From Maricaulis sp. D1M11 (GTDB lineage: Bacteria; Pseudomonadota; Alphaproteobacteria; Caulobacterales; Maricaulaceae), in NCBI RefSeq assembly GCF_047308265.1, contig NZ_JBKQWY010000007.1:269896-301895 (forward strand): a stretch of 32,000 nt of DNA, in the 5' to 3' direction. Shown piece by piece: positions 25,153 to 32,000 of this stretch. The position numbers were made by a program, and so were the translations under genes. The notes beneath the pieces are model-generated. The model saw only the letters and a list, made by a program, of their open reading frames with translations. It had not been told where the DNA came from and made no database searches. The first letter of the stretch is position 1, and each line of letters opens with the position of its first letter.

Positions 25153-25194
25153 TTGTCAGGAATCGTCGAGTGTGGAGCCGGTTTGAGCGGAGTA

Positions 25195-26007
25195 TTAGTC
25201 CGCTTCGCCCAGGAAATGATCCAGGATGCGTGAGAAGACCACAGGATCATGTCCGCCGGGCAGGGTCTCGCCACCAATCAGCAGGGGCTCACCACCCCAG
25301 GAATAGACGCGTGTACCATCGACCGCCATCGTGCTGAGGATCTTGCCATTGACCAGGAAGGATGGCGTGCCGGGAACCTCTACAAGCGCGGCATCGCGAT
25401 TGCGATCATCCAGGCCCTGCATCTGCGACGGATCGCTCATACAGGCTTGAAGGTCTTCGGGAGACAGCATGACCGTGCCAGCGATCGTCTCGTAATACAG
25501 GCGCAGATCGCCCTCCTGTTCGATCGTGTCAAACAGCGCCTGTTGCTCGGAAAAGAGCAGATCCGCGGCAAGGAAATAGCGATCGTCGGCGGCACAATCG
25601 GCCAGAATAATCGAGATGGCCGACAATTGGGCCGGGGCCGTCATGATCGGTCGCAGTACAAAGCGGACCTTTCCGGTCTCGATATAGTTCCGGTTCAGCG
25701 TATCCCACACCTCGTGGTGGAAGCTGCCGCAGTGAGGGCAGGTGAACGAGGCGTACTCGATCAGCAAAAGCGGTGCGTCTTCAGAACCGGTAACGTGGTC
25801 ATTGGCATACACGGTATAGGCCGCATCCAGCCGCTCCTGGTGCGGCACCGCCATGGCAGCTTCGAACGCGGCCTGTGCTGCAGCCTGTTCAGCCGTCTGC
25901 TCGGGCGTGTTCTGTTGCGCCGGGGCGATCGGGGCAAGACAGATGGCCAGCAGACCCGCCAGCATCAGCCCTGTCCATGAAGTCGGAAAAACGCTCGTTG
26001 AGGACAT
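25195..26007 (-). CDS. DsbA-family thiol:disulfide oxidoreductase (secreted)
   Basis: Signal peptide 'LMLAGLLAICLAPIAPAQQ' and thioredoxin-fold active site 'FTCPHCGSFHHEVWDTLNRNYIETGKVRFVLRP'. Confidence 0.85.
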   Translation of the reverse strand: MSSTSVFPTSWTGLMLAGLLAICLAPIAPAQQNTPEQTAEQAAAQAAFEAAMAVPHQERLDAAYTVYANDHVTGSEDAPLLLIEYASFTCPHCGSFHHEVWDTLNRNYIETGKVRFVLRPIMTAPAQLSAISIILADCAADDRYFLAADLLFSEQQALFDTIEQEGDLRLYYETIAGTVMLSPEDLQACMSDPSQMQGLDDRNRDAALVEVPGTPSFLVNGKILSTMAVDGTRVYSWGGEPLLIGGETLPGGHDPVVFSRILDHFLGEAD

Positions 26008-26753
26008 TATTCTGCAGCGCCTTGTGTGTCCGCGATCTGGGCCAGGAGGTGGTCAAAGATGCGGGCATAGGTCTCTGGACGCGTGTCAGCCGGAACAGAT
26101 TCGCCGTCAACCAGGATCTGGTTCTCACCCAGGAAATAGGTCTGGCTGGTCTCACCGGGCGCTACACGGGCATCGAGGTGAAAGCCGTTGATGATGAAGT
26201 AAGGCGTGGCGTTCACACCGTCTGCGGACGCCTGCTCGCTACGTTCGATAATGGCGGCCTGAATGTCTTCATTGGCCAGGCAGGCTTCGAAGTCGGCCTC
26301 GCTCATACCCATGGTCCGGGCAATGGTCAGGTATTGATTGCGTGCGCCACCAGGTTGGGAGGCGGCCCGGAAAATGGCGTTCTGCTGCTGGAACAGCAGT
26401 TCGATCATGTCGAAATAGCGGTCATCCTGGACACAATTGGCAAGGGCGAAGCCGGCGACGGCGAATTGCGGCTGCCCGGTCAGCATTTCGCGGAAGACGA
26501 ACCGGACCTGTCCGGTCTCGATATAGTTTTCCTCGATGTCTTTGAAAGCATTGTTGTGGAAGGTCGCGCAATGCGGACAGGCGACGGAGGAATACTCGAT
26601 CACCGTGAGCGGTGCATCCGGATTGCCCAGGGCGCGGTCATTGGCGCGCTCAAAAGCACTCTGGCCAGAAGGCCCCGATCCGCCTCCACAGGCAGCCAGA
26701 ACAAGGCTGGAAGACAGTGCAGCAAGGGTGAGCAGGCGGCGCGTCAGCGTCAT
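26007..26753 (-). CDS. DsbA-family thiol:disulfide oxidoreductase (lipoprotein paralogue)
   Basis: Lipobox 'SLVLAAC/GGG' and active site 'VACPHCATFHNNAFKDIEENYIETGQVRFVFRE'. TAATG overlap with the downstream paralogue. The ATG at 26753 is preferred (GGGGA SD) over the TTG at 26768. Confidence 0.85.
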   Translation of the reverse strand: MTLTRRLLTLAALSSSLVLAACGGGSGPSGQSAFERANDRALGNPDAPLTVIEYSSVACPHCATFHNNAFKDIEENYIETGQVRFVFREMLTGQPQFAVAGFALANCVQDDRYFDMIELLFQQQNAIFRAASQPGGARNQYLTIARTMGMSEADFEACLANEDIQAAIIERSEQASADGVNATPYFIINGFHLDARVAPGETSQTYFLGENQILVDGESVPADTRPETYARIFDHLLAQIADTQGAAE

Positions 26754-26818
26754 GTCGAAATTCCCCAATCAAAATGGCCCGGCTTCCGGCATACATACAA
26801 CCGGAAAGGGGGCAGGTA

Positions 26819-27376
26819 TTACTCTTCGCCCCGCGCTTTCACAGCTTTGTCGAAGCGGGTCAAGGCCGACAATAGCCGGGATTGGGCATCGAGTGCCACG
26901 GGCTCGCTGTTTTGTGAGCGAGGTTGCACGGGTGTTATCTTTTGTCGGGCAGGATCAGACGGCGCGGCCAGCTGCCCCTGCACAACCCGAATTCGGGTCG
27001 GGGCTTGTCGACCGGAAAACTGTCGGACACGCTCTAAGATTCGCCGGGCCTCGGCCTGGATCACGGCATTCGCAGATCCGCGCGCCCGGATCACTAGGAC
27101 CGAGTGCCCTTGCTGGCGCACCAGCGCGTCCGGCGTGCTCCAGCGCGCTATGCCTTCACCCACAATTTCAGGCCAGCGCTCCTTGAGCTGATCAAGGCCA
27201 GGGCCAAATTGTCGTGTAAAGGGACGCAAGACCTTGCTGGCCGCCGAAGCGACCGAGGGCACGGGACGAATGGCGGCCCGGCCTCGTCGCTCACCGATGA
27301 AGCGGCTGGCAATCTGTTCCTTGCTTGACGGCGTGTGTTTGCGGCGCATGTGTTGGAGTGTAGACCGCTCCCTCAA
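26819..27376 (-). CDS. DUF721 (DciA-like) domain protein
   Basis: 'ASKVLRPFTRQFGPGLDQLKERWPEIVGEGIARWSTPDAL....VLVIRARGSANAVIQAEARRILERV' fits the DUF721 pattern from memory, and the gene is divergent from mutY. The start is ambiguous (27376 or 27349). Confidence 0.65.
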   Translation of the reverse strand: MRERSTLQHMRRKHTPSSKEQIASRFIGERRGRAAIRPVPSVASAASKVLRPFTRQFGPGLDQLKERWPEIVGEGIARWSTPDALVRQQGHSVLVIRARGSANAVIQAEARRILERVRQFSGRQAPTRIRVVQGQLAAPSDPARQKITPVQPRSQNSEPVALDAQSRLLSALTRFDKAVKARGEE

Positions 27377-27396
27377 ACGAGCAATATGCCGAAGAC

Positions 27397-28479
27397 ATGT
27401 CAGACGAATTCTATCCCGATTTTTTGCCCGCTCCGGAGGTGCTGCGCCGCGATCTGCTTGCCTGGTATGACCGGCAAGGCCGCGCCTTGCCCTGGCGGAT
27501 AAGGCCGGAAGATGCGGCGCGCGGTGCTGTTGCTGACCCGTATGCGATCTGGCTGTCGGAAATTATGCTGCAGCAGACCACCGTACCGCATGCGACACCC
27601 TATTGGCTGAGCTTCCTGAAGCGCTGGCCCCGCGTGCAGGATCTGGCGGCGGCCCCCCGCGAGGATGTGCTCTCGGCCTGGGCCGGGCTGGGTTATTACG
27701 CCCGCGCCCGCAATCTTCACGCCTGTGCGATTGAAGTCAGTGAGACTCTCGACGGCGTCTTTCCCAGCACGCTGAAGGCGCTGCAAGCCTTGCCCGGCAT
27801 CGGGGAATACACGGCCAACGCCATCCGCGCTGCCGCGTTTGATGCTCCAGCGAGCGTGGTGGATGGCAATGTTGAACGTGTGATCACGCGCATGGTGCGG
27901 CTGGAGATCCCCTTGCCCGCGGCCAAGCCTACGATCCGCCGTCTGGCGGGATCCATCGCAGATCCGCAACGCTCGCGCGATTATGCCCAGGCCATCATGG
28001 ATCTGGGGGCCACGGTGTGTACGCCCAAATCCCCTACGTGTGGGGGATGCCCGTGGAGCTCGGGCTGTCAGGCCCGCAAGGCAGGGGATATGACGGCCTA
28101 TCCCCGCAAAACCCCGAAGAAAGCCAAGCCTGTCAGGCGGGGGACGGCCTGGATGGTGAGCCGCGACAGCGGCGGGCAGACCCAGTTGTGGTTGAAAACC
28201 CGCCCGGATCGCGGCCTGCTCGGCGGGATGCGGGAAGTGCCCAGCACCGGATGGTCGGACGCTGAGGCTGACACACCCCAACCCTTTGACACAGAATGGG
28301 AACCGCGTGGCGAGATCCGCCATGTGTTTACCCATTTCGAACTGAGGCTCGATGTGGTCCGGGCGCCCGCGCCCGCCGGCTGGGAGCCGGAGAGCGGCGA
28401 GTGGGTGGGTGAAGACGATCTGCGTGTGGAGGACCTGCCCAGCGTGATGCGAAAGATCGTGCGGCAGACCCGGTCCTGA
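27397..28479 (+). CDS. mutY: A/G-specific adenine DNA glycosylase
   Basis: 'LLAWYDRQGRALPWR', 'IWLSEIMLQQTTV', HhH 'LPGIGEYTANAI', 4Fe-4S loop 'CTPKSPTCGGCPWSSGC', and a C-terminal NUDIX-like domain. Confidence 0.92.
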   Translation: MSDEFYPDFLPAPEVLRRDLLAWYDRQGRALPWRIRPEDAARGAVADPYAIWLSEIMLQQTTVPHATPYWLSFLKRWPRVQDLAAAPREDVLSAWAGLGYYARARNLHACAIEVSETLDGVFPSTLKALQALPGIGEYTANAIRAAAFDAPASVVDGNVERVITRMVRLEIPLPAAKPTIRRLAGSIADPQRSRDYAQAIMDLGATVCTPKSPTCGGCPWSSGCQARKAGDMTAYPRKTPKKAKPVRRGTAWMVSRDSGGQTQLWLKTRPDRGLLGGMREVPSTGWSDAEADTPQPFDTEWEPRGEIRHVFTHFELRLDVVRAPAPAGWEPESGEWVGEDDLRVEDLPSVMRKIVRQTRS

Positions 28480-28485
28480 CCGTCA

Positions 28486-31014
28486 CTAGGATGTCGGCTC
28501 GGGTGTTGGGCTCATGACCCGGCGCATGCCCTTGAACAGGCTGATGGGTGCGAGGGGTTTGGACACATGTCCGTTCATGCCGGCCTCAAAACACGCTTTG
28601 ACATCGTCCTCCGTGGCATTGGCCGTGAGCGCCAGGACCGGGATCTGGGACCAGGAGGTCTGACCCGCCCGAATGGCGCGTGTGGCCTCCAGCCCGTTCA
28701 TGACGGGCATGCGGACATCCATGAGAACCAGATCGAAGCGCTCCTCCGCCAGACGGTCGAGTGCCTCCTGACCATTTTCGGCATCGGTGATCTCGCCGCC
28801 CAGGTGGGAGAGAAAGGCCGTGGCGACCTGGCGATTGATGAAATTGTCTTCCACCAGCAGGAGTTTGAGACCGCGCAGCGAGGCAAAGGCGTCGGAGGCC
28901 GCCAGTTCTGCTGGGTCATCAACCAGCTCCACCGTGTCCAGGCTGGTCGCCATGCCCGCATGAAAGCTGAGCGTGAAACACGAGCCTTCGCCGGGGGTTG
29001 TCTGAACGCTGACATCGCCCTGCATCAGCTTGGCCAGATTGCGCGTGATCGCCAGCCCCAGCCCTGTTCCCCCGAATTGCTGGGCAATACTGGCATCGGC
29101 CTGGCTGAAGGGCTTGAACAACCGGGCCAGAACATCATCGGTGATCCCGGGGCCAGTATCGCTGACGCGGGCAGAGATCTGATAGCCGGTGGCGCTGTCC
29201 TCGCAACTGATATCCAGCCGAACCTCGCCGTGATTTGTGAATTTGACGGCGTTGGACAACAGGTTGGACAGGCACTGGCGCACGCGCAGGGCATCAATCT
29301 GGAGGGTGCGAGGCACATCCGGATCAATGCAGACGGTAAACTCAATGCCTTTTTCGCGCGCGGCCGGAGCGAACAGCGCGTCGACATCGCCGACCAGCTG
29401 GACAAAGTCAGTCTCGCTGGGCGCCAGGGCCAGCTTGCCCGCCTCGATCTTGGACATGTCGAGAATGTCGTTGAGCAGCAGGGCGAGGGCGTTGCCGCTG
29501 CGAAAGATCATCTGTGCCTGGTTCTGTTGGGCCGGATTTTCCAGTGCTTTTTCCAGGATTTGGGCCAGACCCAGAATGCCATTGAGCGGTGTGCGCAATT
29601 CATGGCTCATATTCGCGAGGAATTCGGATTTGGACCGGTTCGCGGCCTCCAGCTGGGCTGTGCGCTGTTTCACCCGGTCTTCGAGGATATCCAGCAGCTC
29701 GGCGCTCTCCAGACGTTGGCGTTCCAGCGTGCGCGCGAGCGTGCCCAACTCGTCTTTTGACAGGAGAGCGCCGGTGATCTGCTGATTGGCAACCTCGACG
29801 TCCAGCGGGCCCTGGCCATAACGCTTGGTCAGTGCATGAAGCGGCTGAATGACCCGTCGGAAGAAAATCATGTAGATCAGGGCGCCCTGAATACCCACAC
29901 CCAACATGCCAAAGCCCAGAACCAGCAGCATGGAAGACAGGGTTTCAGCCTGCAGCACCGACCGGTCGACCAGTGTCACCAGGGACCAGTCGGGCCCGTG
30001 CAGGGTGGCAAACGCGGCAACCCACTGACTGTCAGGCGTGATGAAAATACCCTTGTCCTGCGGTTGGCGGGCAATGGCGGCCGACACGGCCTCTAGGGCG
30101 AGGTCGTTTTCCAGCTGCTCAACAAGGTCCGGCGTGGCCGGGCGCCCCAATAGGTCAAGATGGGCGATCAGTCGCCCTTCACGATCGACGATCAGATTGA
30201 GGCCGTGGCGGGGAGGGTTGGCGAGGATTTGCGAGAAATACTCGTCCAGCTGGGCGGTCGTGCCGAACGTGCCCAGATATTGTCCGTCCCGCCAGACAGG
30301 AGAAAAGCAGCCACTCGTCAGAACCTCTCGATCACGCACATAGATCAGGCGGGTCAGTTCGCCGCAGACGAAATCGCCATCGGGATTGTTTTGCGGGCTC
30401 ACAAGATCGGCGAAGGCGGCGCGCGTCAGGTCGAAATCGGGGGAGGCATCGCGGCGATAGAACATCAACTGATCGGGCCGGTTGGCCGCGGAGATCACCA
30501 GTTCATTGGTCGGCGTGAAAAAATAGATATTGTCGATCTGCCCTTGCAGCGCTTCGCCGGCCCGGTCGACCACGTGATAGGCTGACAATAGCAGGCGTTG
30601 GCGGTTCGTATCGGCGGGTTCCTGTGGATTGAAATAGGCGGCCACACCGTAGTGATAATCCCCCTCTTCATCGCCATAGCCGCCGAACAAGGGGTCGATA
30701 CTGCGGCGTGTGCCATCCGCCCGGATCGGAAACAGGGTGTCGAACCGGGCTTCGACCTGGCGATCATTTTCAAGCAGTGGGAGACGACGCTCAAGAGACT
30801 GGCGGGCGGCTCGATGGGCGGCTTCCACACGTTCAAAGCGCAGGCTTGCCAGCTGGGAGCGTTCGGCCATGTAATCCGACAGGCCGCTGAATTGTTGCCG
30901 CTCCAGATCGCGCCAGAAGGTGAGTGAGACGAGAACACCGGCAACGGCCGACACGGTCAGCGCGGTCAACAAGATCGCTCCGAGAAAACGCGTTGCCAGT
31001 GAATGCCAGTTCAT
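28486..31014 (-). CDS. Hybrid sensor histidine kinase/response regulator with large periplasmic (Cache-like) sensor region
   Basis: 842 aa. TM1 is followed by a ~330-aa extracytoplasmic region and TM2 ('LLVLGFGMLGVGIQGALIYMIFF'). H-box 'MSHELRTPLNGILG', N-box 'LLSNAVKFT', G-boxes 'DTGPGI' and 'GGTGLGLAI'. C-terminal receiver 'LLLVEDNFINRQV...LVLMDVRMPVMNG...VSKP'. GGGAGG SD lies upstream of the ATG at 31014. Confidence 0.9.
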   Translation of the reverse strand: MNWHSLATRFLGAILLTALTVSAVAGVLVSLTFWRDLERQQFSGLSDYMAERSQLASLRFERVEAAHRAARQSLERRLPLLENDRQVEARFDTLFPIRADGTRRSIDPLFGGYGDEEGDYHYGVAAYFNPQEPADTNRQRLLLSAYHVVDRAGEALQGQIDNIYFFTPTNELVISAANRPDQLMFYRRDASPDFDLTRAAFADLVSPQNNPDGDFVCGELTRLIYVRDREVLTSGCFSPVWRDGQYLGTFGTTAQLDEYFSQILANPPRHGLNLIVDREGRLIAHLDLLGRPATPDLVEQLENDLALEAVSAAIARQPQDKGIFITPDSQWVAAFATLHGPDWSLVTLVDRSVLQAETLSSMLLVLGFGMLGVGIQGALIYMIFFRRVIQPLHALTKRYGQGPLDVEVANQQITGALLSKDELGTLARTLERQRLESAELLDILEDRVKQRTAQLEAANRSKSEFLANMSHELRTPLNGILGLAQILEKALENPAQQNQAQMIFRSGNALALLLNDILDMSKIEAGKLALAPSETDFVQLVGDVDALFAPAAREKGIEFTVCIDPDVPRTLQIDALRVRQCLSNLLSNAVKFTNHGEVRLDISCEDSATGYQISARVSDTGPGITDDVLARLFKPFSQADASIAQQFGGTGLGLAITRNLAKLMQGDVSVQTTPGEGSCFTLSFHAGMATSLDTVELVDDPAELAASDAFASLRGLKLLLVEDNFINRQVATAFLSHLGGEITDAENGQEALDRLAEERFDLVLMDVRMPVMNGLEATRAIRAGQTSWSQIPVLALTANATEDDVKACFEAGMNGHVSKPLAPISLFKGMRRVMSPTPEPTS

Positions 31015-31045
31015 CAGCGCCCCCTCCCTTTAGGCCTGCCCTGGA

Positions 31046-32000
<955 letters not shown>

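Overview
This is a high-GC, gene-dense chromosomal window, and most of it is conserved housekeeping. The gene content points to an alphaproteobacterium of the Caulobacterales/Hyphomonadaceae type: ccrM, split gcvPA/gcvPB, an F0 operon with both b and b' subunits, and smc / DsbA-like x2 / DUF721 / mutY neighbourhood.

Gene order, left to right:
- SURF1 (5' partial), a GNAT acetyltransferase, and a PAS-like/EAL c-di-GMP phosphodiesterase
- YqgE/AlgH (minus strand)
- a Prx5-type peroxiredoxin
- an SPFH/NfeD pair
- two tandem secreted proteins that consist only of a TonB C-terminal domain
- rnhA, a DUF1801 protein and ispH (minus strand)
- a lipoprotein
- argS
- an orphan multi-TM protein with patchy lower GC
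- a tandem glycine riboswitch followed by gcvT, gcvH, an unknown 148-aa ORF, gcvPA and gcvPB
- an octanucleotide tandem repeat
- a small membrane protein
- atpI-B-E-F'-F (minus strand)
- smc (minus strand)
- two DsbA-like genes, a DUF721/DciA-like gene, and mutY
- a hybrid sensor kinase and ccrM (minus strand, 5' partial)

I see no CRISPR array, IS element, integrase, tRNA or rRNA, and no recognisable multi-gene defence or secretion system.

The candidates I consider most worth follow-up:
1. The orphan 4-TM protein with a DUF4760-like C-terminus, wedged with long non-coding flanks between argS and the gcv riboswitch.
2. The unknown ORF that is translationally coupled inside the riboswitch-controlled glycine-cleavage operon.
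3. The tandem secreted TonB-C-only paralogues, each preceded by AT-rich sequence.
4. An 8-bp tandem repeat and unexplained non-coding stretches between gcvPB and the atp operon.
5. An AtpI N-terminal extension that has no canonical start codon.
6. CTAG-containing repeats and a GANTC cluster upstream of smc.

All family assignments come from reading motifs by eye and from memory of those families. No database search was run.
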